DNA of 64,000 bases from Candidatus Limiplasma sp. Lineage in GTDB: Bacteria; Bacillota; Clostridia; Christensenellales; Aristaeellaceae. This document shows positions 41,357 to 49,207 of the stretch, one piece after another; the first letter of the stretch is position 1; every line of letters begins with the position of its first letter. The stretch spans positions 1,319-65,318 of the forward strand of contig DAOPZG010000001.1 of NCBI GenBank assembly GCA_035353235.1. Direction: 5' to 3'. The notes below the pieces were generated by a model. The model was not told where the DNA came from and ran no database searches. It saw only the letters and a program-made list of their open reading frames with translations. Both the position numbers and the translations under genes were made by a program.

Positions 41357-41472
41357 GGTATACCCCTTTGCTTTCCATAACAGGATGCTACTATATTCGT
41401 TCCGCAGGTTCCCAAACCCTGCGTGTTAGCCGGAAACGACCACTCCGACAGATACGGTTGGCAATAATAGCG

Positions 41473-41519
41473 TTTCGCCCGCCGCCCGCCATGCGCGGCA
41501 CAGCGAACGGCGGGCGAAA
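41473..41519 (-). terminator. hairpin after ileS
   Basis: TTTCGCCCGCCG-N23-CGGCGGGCGAAA has a 12-bp stem. The downstream sequence on the minus strand is only moderately T-rich. Confidence 0.4.
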
Positions 41520-41571
41520 TTCATTTCCACAGGCCATCCTTTACAGCCCGGGGAGAAAGATTCCTCTTTTG

Positions 41572-44500
41572 TCAGGCCTTACGGATGCTCAACGTCGCGG
41601 GTTTGCCGTTCACGTCCCACTCCTGCGTATACGCGCCTTCTACGGGTTTCCCGGCGGCAAGCGAAGTCGCCAGCACGCTTTGCATAATGAACGCTTTGCC
41701 CGCTTCGATGGCGGCGGCAAGCTCCGCGTCGGTAGAATACGTTACGGCGATGCGGTCGGTTACGGCGTATTCCGCGTCCTTGCGCATGGTTTGCAGCTTG
41801 CTGATCACCTCGCGCTGATAGCCTTCCTGCACCAGCGCGGGGGTCAGGTTGCAGTCCAGCACCACGGTCACGTCGCCGTCCATTTGCGAGGCGAAGCCCG
41901 GCTTATGCACGGATTCGGTCAGCACGTCGTCCTTCGCCAGCGATACTTCCGCCCCTTCCAGTGAGAAAACCACGTTTTCGCCGCGGTTGAACGCGTCCAC
42001 CACGTCGTTGCCATCGGCTTCCTTCAGCCACGCGCCGATCTTGCCCAGCAGTTTTCCATACTTCGGCCCCAGCGTGCGCATCTGCGGTTTTAAGTTGTAG
42101 GTGGTAAAGGCGCGCGCGTCGTCGGTGAACACAACCTGTTTCACGTTCAGTTCGTCCGCTGCCAGTTCCATCAGCGCATCGTCGAACTTCGTACCCTTCA
42201 CATACAGGGAGGCCAGCGGCTGGCGCACCTTCAGGGCTGCGGCGTTGCGGCACGCATGCCCCAGGCTGACCACTTCCAGCAGCGCCTCCATCTGTTCGTT
42301 CAGGCGCAGGTCAATGCGGCTTTCGTCCGGCGTGGGGAAATCGCACAGATGCACGCTTTCCGGCGCGCTCGGATCAACCGAGCGGACAAGGTTCTGGTAA
42401 ATATCCTCGCTCATAAACGGCATAAACGGGGCGATCACCTTCGCAAGCGTAGTCAGCACCGTATACAGCGTTACGAAAGCGGCTTCCTTGGTATCGTCCA
42501 TGCCCTTACCCCAGAACCGCTCGCGCCCGCGGCGCACATACCAGTTGCTCAGTTCCTCCACAAAATCGGCGATCGCGTTGGCCGGTTCGGGGATGCGGTA
42601 ATGGCTCAGGTCGTCGTCCACCTGCTTCACCAGCTGGTTGAGGCGGCTTAAAATCCAGCGGTCCATCAGCGTGAGCTTGACGTTCGCGATGTCGTGCTCC
42701 TTCGGGTCGAACTGGTCGATATTGGCGTACAGCACGAAGAACGCGTAGGTGTTTTGCAGCGTGGACATAAACTTGCGCTGCACCTCGCTGAGCGCCTTGT
42801 CGCTGAAGCGGTTGGGCAGCCACGGCGCGCTGGTGGAGTAGAAATACCAGCGCACGGCGTCCGCGCCCTGCTTATCCAGCACACTCCACGGGTCTATCAC
42901 GTTGCCCAGATGTTTGCTCATCTTTTTACCGTTCTCGTCCTGCACGTGGCCCATTACGATGCAGTTTTCAAACGGCGAGCGATCGAAGATCAGCGTGCCA
43001 ATCGCCATCAGGGTATAGAACCACCCGCGCGTCTGGTCGATGGCTTCGCTGATAAAATCGGCGGGGAATCGTTTTTCAAACGTATCCCGGTTTTCAAACG
43101 GATAATGCCATTGCGCGAAGGGCATGCTGCCGCTGTCGTACCAGCAGTCGATCACTTCCGGCACACGGTGCATAGGCTGGCCGCACTCCGGGCAAACGAT
43201 CTCCACCTGGTCGATGTACGGGCGGTGCAGCTCGATATCCTCCGCCACAGGGCTGGTCGCCATATCGCGCAGTTCCTGCCGGGAGCCGATCACGTGAATG
43301 TGCCCCTCCGGACAGACCCACACGGGCAACGGCGTGCCCCAGTACCGTTCGCGGGACAGACCCCAGTCCACCACGTTATCCAGGAAGTTGCCGAAACGCC
43401 CCTCCTTGATGTTGTCCGGCATCCAGTTGACGGTGCGGTTGTTGGCCATCAGCTGGTCGTGCAGGGCGGTCATGCGGATAAACCAGGTGGAACGCGCGTA
43501 GTACAGTAGCGGCGTGTCGCAGCGCCAGCAGAAGGGGTAGTTATGCGTAAAGGGAACCGCGGCAAACAGCAGGCCCCGCGCCTTCAAATCCGCCATCACC
43601 TTTTCGTTCACATCTTTGGTGGGTTCGCCCGCCCAGGGCGTGCCCTCCACAAACTTGCCCTGCGTGTTCACCAGCTGCACGAAAGGCAGGTTGTTGTCCC
43701 GGCCCACGCGCGCGTCGTCCTCGCCGAACGCGGGCGCGATATGCACGATGCCGGAGCCGTCGGTCAGGGTAACGTAGTTATCGCTGACCACATACCAGCC
43801 CTTTTCCCGGGGATAAGTCACGCCGTCGAAACGGTACAGCTGCTCGTACTCCATGCCGCACAGGTCGCTGCCGGGCATGGTTTTAAGCACCTTGCCCTCG
43901 TGCGCGTCCTCGCCGAACACGCTGTGGATCAGCGCCTCGGCCAGGTAGTAGGTCGCGCCTTCCAGCTCAAACTCCGCGTAGGTTTCATGCGCGTTCACGC
44001 ACAGGGCCACGTTACTGGGCAGCGTCCAGGGCGTGGTGGTCCACGCGAGGATATAGGCATGCTCGCGGCCCTTCACCCTGAAGCGCACGAACGCGGAAGT
44101 ATCGCTGACTTCCTTATAGCCCTGCGCTACCTCGTGGCTGCTTAACGCCGTGCCGCAGCGCGGGCAGTACGGCACCACTTTAAAGCCTTTATACAGCAGG
44201 CCTTTTTTCCAGATTTCCTTGAGGCTCCACCATTCGGACTCGATATAGTCGTTGTGGTAGGTCACATACGGGTGTTCCATATCCGCCCAGAACGCCACCC
44301 GGTCGGACATTTCCTCCCACTCGTGCTGGTACTTCCACACGCTTTCCTTGCACTTTTTGATGAACGGCTCGATGCCGTACTGCTCGATGGCGGGCTTGCC
44401 GTCCAGATGGAGCAGCTTTTCCACTTCCAGTTCTACCGGCAGGCCATGGGTGTCCCACCCGGCCTTGCGCAGCACATCCTTGCCCTTCATGGATTGGAAA

Positions 44501-44709
44501 CGCGGAATCAAATCCTTGATGGCGCGGGTTTCGATATGGCCGATATGCGGTCTGCCGTTCGCCGTGGGCGGGCCGTCGAAGAACGTGAAGCGCTCCTTCC
44601 CCTCGTTATGGTGGAAGGACTTTTCGATGATGCCGTTCTCCTTCCAGAATTCCAGCACCTTTTTTTCGCGCCCCACGAAATCCATGTCCGTCGAAACCTT
44701 CTGATACAT
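41572..44709 (-). CDS. ileS: isoleucine--tRNA ligase (type 2, long form)
   Basis: HIGH (PTANGRPHIGH) and KMSKS (KMSKHLGN) motifs plus a CP1 editing domain are present. The ATG at 44709 lies 31 nt after the T-box terminator. The longer ORF from 44931 runs through the leader RNA. Confidence 0.95.
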   Translation of the reverse strand: MYQKVSTDMDFVGREKKVLEFWKENGIIEKSFHHNEGKERFTFFDGPPTANGRPHIGHIETRAIKDLIPRFQSMKGKDVLRKAGWDTHGLPVELEVEKLLHLDGKPAIEQYGIEPFIKKCKESVWKYQHEWEEMSDRVAFWADMEHPYVTYHNDYIESEWWSLKEIWKKGLLYKGFKVVPYCPRCGTALSSHEVAQGYKEVSDTSAFVRFRVKGREHAYILAWTTTPWTLPSNVALCVNAHETYAEFELEGATYYLAEALIHSVFGEDAHEGKVLKTMPGSDLCGMEYEQLYRFDGVTYPREKGWYVVSDNYVTLTDGSGIVHIAPAFGEDDARVGRDNNLPFVQLVNTQGKFVEGTPWAGEPTKDVNEKVMADLKARGLLFAAVPFTHNYPFCWRCDTPLLYYARSTWFIRMTALHDQLMANNRTVNWMPDNIKEGRFGNFLDNVVDWGLSRERYWGTPLPVWVCPEGHIHVIGSRQELRDMATSPVAEDIELHRPYIDQVEIVCPECGQPMHRVPEVIDCWYDSGSMPFAQWHYPFENRDTFEKRFPADFISEAIDQTRGWFYTLMAIGTLIFDRSPFENCIVMGHVQDENGKKMSKHLGNVIDPWSVLDKQGADAVRWYFYSTSAPWLPNRFSDKALSEVQRKFMSTLQNTYAFFVLYANIDQFDPKEHDIANVKLTLMDRWILSRLNQLVKQVDDDLSHYRIPEPANAIADFVEELSNWYVRRGRERFWGKGMDDTKEAAFVTLYTVLTTLAKVIAPFMPFMSEDIYQNLVRSVDPSAPESVHLCDFPTPDESRIDLRLNEQMEALLEVVSLGHACRNAAALKVRQPLASLYVKGTKFDDALMELAADELNVKQVVFTDDARAFTTYNLKPQMRTLGPKYGKLLGKIGAWLKEADGNDVVDAFNRGENVVFSLEGAEVSLAKDDVLTESVHKPGFASQMDGDVTVVLDCNLTPALVQEGYQREVISKLQTMRKDAEYAVTDRIAVTYSTDAELAAAIEAGKAFIMQSVLATSLAAGKPVEGAYTQEWDVNGKPATLSIRKA

Positions 44710-44980
44710 GCCTTTTCCCCTCCAAAACCGTTCGCGGTACAAAAAAACCGCCCCGTAAAACGGGACGGAAATCATTCCGCGGTACCACCCTGTTTGGCGA
44801 AGCATCTTTACGGCAACGCCCACTCGTTCGCCCTGTATCGGGAGCGCCCGCGAAGCCCTGGGAAGCGCCGCCTCCGTCGGGGTTCGTGCTCCGGGGTGAT
44901 CTGCCGCGTTCCCCTGCCGCCCGGCTCGCACCGCCCCGGGTTCGCTTAGGCTGGAAAAACGAGGCCGTCCCCGTCATCGC
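44710..44980 (-). promoter_or_regulatory. T-box riboswitch leader of ileS (candidate specifier AUC, Ile)
   Basis: Read on the minus strand, it starts with GCGATGA (plus 44971-44980), followed by a GGUGCGA-type distal motif. The loop ..GCAG-AUC-A.. has AUC at plus 44898-44900. The canonical T-box GGGTGGTACCGCG lies at plus 44778-44790. A terminator CCGTCCCG-N5-CGGGGCGG plus T7 lies at plus 44741-44768. Confidence 0.85.
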
Positions 44981-45011
44981 AATGTGAATCCGCTTTCGCG
45001 GATATGCGCCT

Positions 45012-45040
45012 ATTATACCGTCGGCAGAAAAAAAAGTAAA
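45012..45040 (-). promoter_or_regulatory. sigma-A-type promoter of the ileS T-box leader
   Basis: The minus strand reads TTTACT-17 nt-TATAAT (plus 45035-45040 and 45012-45017), about 30 nt upstream of the GCGATGA leader start. Confidence 0.55.
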
Positions 45041-45082
45041 GGGGAGGCAAGAAAATATTGGGCAAAGCAGTTTCTTGATCAA

Positions 45083-45111
45083 TTGCAGACGCTTCTTTTG
45101 TGTGTTATATT
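45083..45111 (+). promoter_or_regulatory. sigma-A-type promoter of the Big_2 gene
   Basis: TTGCAG-17 nt-TATATT with a TG two nt upstream of the -10 element, about 38 nt before the ATG at 45149. Confidence 0.5.
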
Positions 45112-45148
45112 GTTACAAAATGGTAATCGCAATGCTACGGAGGATAAT

Positions 45149-46300
45149 ATGAAACAGAAAAGAATGATTTTAGCCTTTTTAGTGATTTGCATATGCATGA
45201 TATTCATCCCGTCTGCTTTATCAGAAGCAAGTTTTGGCTTTGAGAATTATAACTATACTGTTTCCATCGGAAAAAGTGTTACTATCATGCCTAGAATGCA
45301 AGGGTTCGATAGTGATCTGCATCCGGCGCTATCATGGAGTTCATCAGATGAGTCTATCGCATCCGTGAAAAATGGAAAGGTTAAGGGCTTAAGAAACGGA
45401 ACTGCCATCATAACCTGTTTGCTAACGATTAATGAGCAAACATCTTATCATGCTTCCTACACATTACAGGTTTTTATACCTGTGAAGCAGATCACCCCAG
45501 ATGAGAAAAAAGTTGTCCTTCTAATCGGAAAACCATATACGCTGACAACAACCATATCTCCTGATAACGCAACAAATCAGAAACTTATTTATACATCGTC
45601 TGACCCAAATATTGCGACAGTGAATGATGTTGGTATTGTTAGTGCAAAGAAAGTTGGTTCTTGTCATATAACCATGCAAACATCAGATGGAAGTAACAAA
45701 AAAGCTTCAATCGCAGTAAAAGTGCCCCATATTGTATATGAAAAGAAGAAATATACCATCAGTACACCAGATTCTCTTCAGATATACTACTGGACACAGG
45801 GGTATGGTACTTTTGGGGACGCCTACACATCAGAATATATAGATGTTACCTCTTCTTCAAGCCTTGGTTTTCAGGCAAACGAAACAACCATGACTGTAAA
45901 GCCCAAAAAAGCAGGAAATGCATGCATTTATTTATTCTATAATGGTTTCCCAACAGCAAGGATCAATGTTAAGGTTGAGCATTCTGCTGTATACGATAAT
46001 GTTTCGTATCCAAGATCAAAATATAAAAATATCGCCTCCATGGATTCGGATGATTATGGGAAACCAGTCAGTTTTACATGTCAGGTAGTAAAACTGTCCC
46101 CAGATAAAATTGAGTATACTATGCTTGCGTTGGATCAATCACAGCAGGATATCGTCATCATTTCTGGGAATAATGGATTGGTTGAGAATCAGAAAGTTAC
46201 GATATTCGGTTTGGTTGAACAACCCATTACGCTGAAAACAGAAACCGGCTTACAGGTTCAATATCCATATATACAAGTCAAGAAAATTATAACTCAATAA
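45149..46300 (+). CDS. secreted protein with two bacterial Ig-like (Big_2) domains and an uncharacterised C-terminal half
   Basis: It has a signal peptide MKQKRMILAFLVICICMIFIPSALSEA and GGAGGA as SD. Big_2 signatures are ..SWSSSDESIASVKNGKVKGLRNGTAIITC.. and ..YTSSDPNIATVNDVGIVSAKKVGSCHITMQ.. I see no LPXTG, SLH or lipobox. Confidence 0.75.
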   Translation: MKQKRMILAFLVICICMIFIPSALSEASFGFENYNYTVSIGKSVTIMPRMQGFDSDLHPALSWSSSDESIASVKNGKVKGLRNGTAIITCLLTINEQTSYHASYTLQVFIPVKQITPDEKKVVLLIGKPYTLTTTISPDNATNQKLIYTSSDPNIATVNDVGIVSAKKVGSCHITMQTSDGSNKKASIAVKVPHIVYEKKKYTISTPDSLQIYYWTQGYGTFGDAYTSEYIDVTSSSSLGFQANETTMTVKPKKAGNACIYLFYNGFPTARINVKVEHSAVYDNVSYPRSKYKNIASMDSDDYGKPVSFTCQVVKLSPDKIEYTMLALDQSQQDIVIISGNNGLVENQKVTIFGLVEQPITLKTETGLQVQYPYIQVKKIITQ

Positions 46301-46350
46301 TTTATCAAGGGCATCTCAAATTCAGAAAGAAATGTGCTTATTATACGTAG

Positions 46351-46378
46351 GGGGAGCGCCGCTTTCACGGCGCTCCCC
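46351..46378. terminator. GC hairpin between the convergent Big_2 and merR-type genes
   Basis: GGGGAGCGCCG-ctttca-CGGCGCTCCCC is a perfect 11-bp stem with no clear U-tract on either strand. Confidence 0.4.
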
Positions 46379-46433
46379 TAACCCATACGTTTGATTTTCC
46401 CGCCTTCGCGGGTGGCTCAATTGTTTCTCTGCC

Positions 46434-47414
46434 TTACGCTCTGCGCAGCGGCAGCAGCAGGTCCAGCTGCATCCCTTCCGGCTCGGAGTTTCCTTCCTTC
46501 AGGTGGGTCAGGTAGTTCAGGTTCTCCTCCAGCAGGCCGCACATATGGTCCTGATCGTTCCAGTCGCCCGCAAACTGATAATCCTCCTGCGCTTCTACCC
46601 AGCAGATCAGCTTTTCCCAGTCCTGAAAATTACCCATCGGGATCATATGCGCCGCGTACATCCCGCCCGCAAAGTACTTTTTCGTAAGCGGCGCGGGCAC
46701 CTGCATATCCTCGGGGATTGTTACCCACATTTCGTAGCCGTGCGCGCCCGTTTCATCCTTCGGGTTCGGATGATTAAACCCGTAATGCCGCAGATCGGGC
46801 TTGCGCTCCGCCAACCCCGACTCCCTCACAAAGCGGTCCAGCAACTCGCCTGCTTTCGCTTCGGGTTCCTCGTCGATCACGTGGGCGGCAGCCACAGTGG
46901 CGGGCGGCAGGTACACAATGCGTACGTCGGTCAGGGTGGAAAGCGCTTCTTCCGCGCGGTTCAGTTGTTCCATGTTGTTTCCCTCCTTGTCGTTCAGTGC
47001 GGGGGGAACCAGCGACGCGATGGCCGCAAGCACTTCTTCGTCTTCCGTAACCAGCGCGCGAACGTGCACATCCGCGGACTGTTCCAGCCGTTCCACCAGC
47101 GTTTGTAGGATGTTCCGGACCGTCGTAAGCGCCGCTACCGCGGTATCAGCTTCCGCGATGTTCCGGCGGAATACGTCGATTGCGACCGCCGCGTCCGGCG
47201 ATTGCAGAATGCGCTGGATCTGTTTGAGCGGGATGCGCAGTTTGCGCAGGATCAGGATTTGCCTCAGGCGAACCACAGCGTTTTCGTCGTACATACGGTA
47301 GGCATATCCGTCCTTGCGAAAGCTTCGGATCAGCCCCAGCTGTTCGTAGTAACGCAGCATCCGGGCAGAAACCTTCAATTGTCGGGTTACTGCGCTTACG
47401 GTGATTGCTTCCAT
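46434..47414 (-). CDS. MerR-family transcriptional regulator with C-terminal GyrI-like effector-binding domain
   Basis: The N-terminus ..VSAVTRQLKVSARMLRYYEQLGLI...YRMYDENAVVRLRQILILRKLRIPLKQI.. is a MerR HTH. The C-terminus ..IVYLPPATVAA...YEMWVTIPEDM...GGMYAAHMIP.. looks like a GyrI/AraC_E_bind fold. Confidence 0.8.
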   Translation of the reverse strand: MEAITVSAVTRQLKVSARMLRYYEQLGLIRSFRKDGYAYRMYDENAVVRLRQILILRKLRIPLKQIQRILQSPDAAVAIDVFRRNIAEADTAVAALTTVRNILQTLVERLEQSADVHVRALVTEDEEVLAAIASLVPPALNDKEGNNMEQLNRAEEALSTLTDVRIVYLPPATVAAAHVIDEEPEAKAGELLDRFVRESGLAERKPDLRHYGFNHPNPKDETGAHGYEMWVTIPEDMQVPAPLTKKYFAGGMYAAHMIPMGNFQDWEKLICWVEAQEDYQFAGDWNDQDHMCGLLEENLNYLTHLKEGNSEPEGMQLDLLLPLRRA

Positions 47415-47441
47415 TGCTTTTTGTTCCCCCTTTCCATAACC

Positions 47442-47472
47442 AGCGTACACTGCGACACGATGTCCGAGTCAA
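47442..47472 (-). promoter_or_regulatory. MerR-type promoter with 19-nt spacer upstream of the merR-family gene
   Basis: The minus strand reads TTGACT (plus 47467-47472), a 19-nt spacer (cggacatcgtgtcgcagtg, containing GACA-N3-TGTC) and TACGCT (plus 47442-47447). It lies about 28 nt before the ATG at 47414. Confidence 0.5.
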
Positions 47473-47495
47473 GCGTATTTTCTCACTTTTCTACA

Positions 47496-47520
47496 GAAAA
47501 CGGGAAGCTTTCGCTTCCCG
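47496..47520 (-). terminator. intrinsic terminator after divIVA
   Basis: The minus strand reads CGGGAAGC-gaaa-GCTTCCCG followed by TTTTC. Confidence 0.65.
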
Positions 47521-47550
47521 CACAGGTCGGTGATGAACTTTCTGGGATGT

Positions 47551-48066
47551 TTATTCCTTTTCGTCGCCGAACAGCGAAGCGTGGCTCTCCATCAGGTCCT
47601 TCTGCTCGTCCAGCAAATCTGTAAACTTTTCCTGGAACTCCTTGGCGGAAGCGCGCAGCGCCTTCACGCTCTTTTCCAGCAGGTCCTTCTCGTCGCTGGT
47701 GTTCGCCAGAATCGCGCTTGCCTTGTCCTGCGCGTCCTTCACGATCAGCTCCGCCTTGTGTTTGGCGTCTTCCACCGCGCCGTCGGCCAGCTTCTGCGCG
47801 TTGATCAGGATGGATTCCAGCGTCTGCGTCGCGGGGGCGACGGGCGCTTTCACCACTTCGGCTTCCACGGGTTTCGCAGCCCGCGCGGCGACTTCCGTTT
47901 CACGCTTCGCCTTGGCAAGCTCTGCCTCCAACTGGGCGATACGATCCTGCATGGCAACCATTTCATCGCAAATCTGGTCCAGATACTGATCCACATCATA
48001 GGGATCGTAACCCGCGCCTTTGTAGGCAAACTCCTTCTGCTCGATGTCCGATACGGTAATGGCCAT
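47551..48066 (-). CDS. divIVA: DivIVA-domain cell-division/polarity protein
   Basis: MAITVSDIEQKEFAYKGAGYDPYDVDQYLDQICDE... followed by coiled-coil sequence. The ATG at 48066 is preceded by AAAGGAG. Confidence 0.85.
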   Translation of the reverse strand: MAITVSDIEQKEFAYKGAGYDPYDVDQYLDQICDEMVAMQDRIAQLEAELAKAKRETEVAARAAKPVEAEVVKAPVAPATQTLESILINAQKLADGAVEDAKHKAELIVKDAQDKASAILANTSDEKDLLEKSVKALRASAKEFQEKFTDLLDEQKDLMESHASLFGDEKE

Positions 48067-48101
48067 GATATTGCTCCTTTCAAACGATAATGGGGGAAAA
48101 A

Positions 48102-48860
48102 TCATGCGCGGTTGGTTCCGAAACGCGTGGCTTTGACCGGCAGACGGCCCTTGCGGGTCGTTTCTCCGAAACCGTCCACCCGCAAGCGGCCGTAGCCCCT
48201 CACGGAAATCGCATCGCCTTCCTCCACCCGCGCATCAGGGCGCAGGGTGGGCGCGTAGCGCAGTTTCACCGCGCCTGAGGTAATCAGTTCCGCCGCCGTT
48301 CCACGGCTCAGGTGGAACCCGTCCGCTACCACGGCGTCCAGCCGCGGGCTTTGCACCGTAAAGGAGATAGCCTCGCCTTCCGGGGCCGGCAGTTCCGGCA
48401 ACGTGTCGGTCAGGCGCACGCTCAGCCGGACATGTCCGGCTTCCAGCAGGCCGCGTGCGATTTCCCCGGCCATCGTCGTCTCCGCGAAAAGATACGCTTT
48501 CTCCGGCAGCAGCACAATATCGCCAATACGGGAGCGATCCAGCCCCAGCGCCATTACGCTGCCCAGCAGGTCCCGGTGGCCGGGCGCCTGCTGATGCGGC
48601 CAGGTGATCTCGATTGCCGTAATGGGGAATGGCCCGTCTGGTTCCCCGTCGGGGCTGAAGCGGGCCATCTGCCGTTCCGCGCCCTCGTAGCCGCCAGACA
48701 GCGACCCGTTCACCCGCGCCCGTTTACCGGCGGCTATCGCCAGTTCGGCTTCGGGCGGCGTTAAGAATGCCGTGATGCGAGCCCGTTGCTGGCGATCCGC
48801 CTGTTCGGCCAGTTCCAGCAGCCTGCTGAAAGGCACCGGCGTATCGGCCGTGCGGGGCAT
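48102..48860 (-). CDS. YlmH-like S4-domain RNA-binding protein
   Basis: It sits between yggT and divIVA, and its C-terminus has an S4-like segment ..RLDAVVADGFHLSRGTAAELITSGAVKLRY.. Confidence 0.75.
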   Translation of the reverse strand: MPRTADTPVPFSRLLELAEQADRQQRARITAFLTPPEAELAIAAGKRARVNGSLSGGYEGAERQMARFSPDGEPDGPFPITAIEITWPHQQAPGHRDLLGSVMALGLDRSRIGDIVLLPEKAYLFAETTMAGEIARGLLEAGHVRLSVRLTDTLPELPAPEGEAISFTVQSPRLDAVVADGFHLSRGTAAELITSGAVKLRYAPTLRPDARVEEGDAISVRGYGRLRVDGFGETTRKGRLPVKATRFGTNRA

Positions 48861-49150
48861 TACAGCAGAATGGCTTTCAGAAGCATCAGCAGCCAGGCGG
48901 CGACCTTCAGAAGCAACCAGAAAACGACCGGCGAAAAGTCCACCCGTAATCCGGCCAGCTTCGGAAACATTTTATACAGCCATTTCCGCAGTGGCGAGAG
49001 CACCGGCTCCACGTATTTTCCCACCAGCAGCGTGTACTTGTTCTGGGGAATCAGCAATGACATGACCACATAAACAAGCATTACCCAAAACGCGACGTTG
49101 AGCAGAAAGATCAACAGATTGAAAATGAAATTGAGAAGAGTAACCAGCAT
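48860..49150 (-). CDS. YggT (YlmG) family membrane protein
   Basis: The 96-aa product has two or more TM segments and ..VVMSLLIPQNKY...VEPVLSPLRK.. It has the conserved position after sepF. Confidence 0.8.
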   Translation of the reverse strand: MLVTLLNFIFNLLIFLLNVAFWVMLVYVVMSLLIPQNKYTLLVGKYVEPVLSPLRKWLYKMFPKLAGLRVDFSPVVFWLLLKVAAWLLMLLKAILL

Positions 49151-49207
49151 CCGTATCCCTCCCGTATCGTTGCAGATTGAAGCGTTTGCCGTAGCGAACC
49201 AAACCTG

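Larger units (their letters stand above)
45041..46345. other. AT-rich compositional island (one gene) in a GC-rich background
   Basis: Composition shifts abruptly. The first 60 nt of the CDS at 45149 contain 17 G/C by hand count, while the flanks (T-box leader, merR) are visibly GC-rich. Confidence 0.8.

Noticed and set aside
44984-45148. A 55-codon N-terminal extension of the Big_2 ORF (start at 44984).
   Set aside because: The extension overlaps the ileS promoter and T-box region on the other strand and has no signal-peptide character. The internal ATG at 45149 has a GGAGGA SD and yields a canonical signal peptide.
45041-46433. A mobile-element origin for the AT-rich island (IS, integrase, MITE ends).
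   Set aside because: I could find no transposase, integrase or recombinase ORF, no terminal inverted repeats, no flanking direct repeats and no adjacent tRNA. It is reported only as a compositional island.
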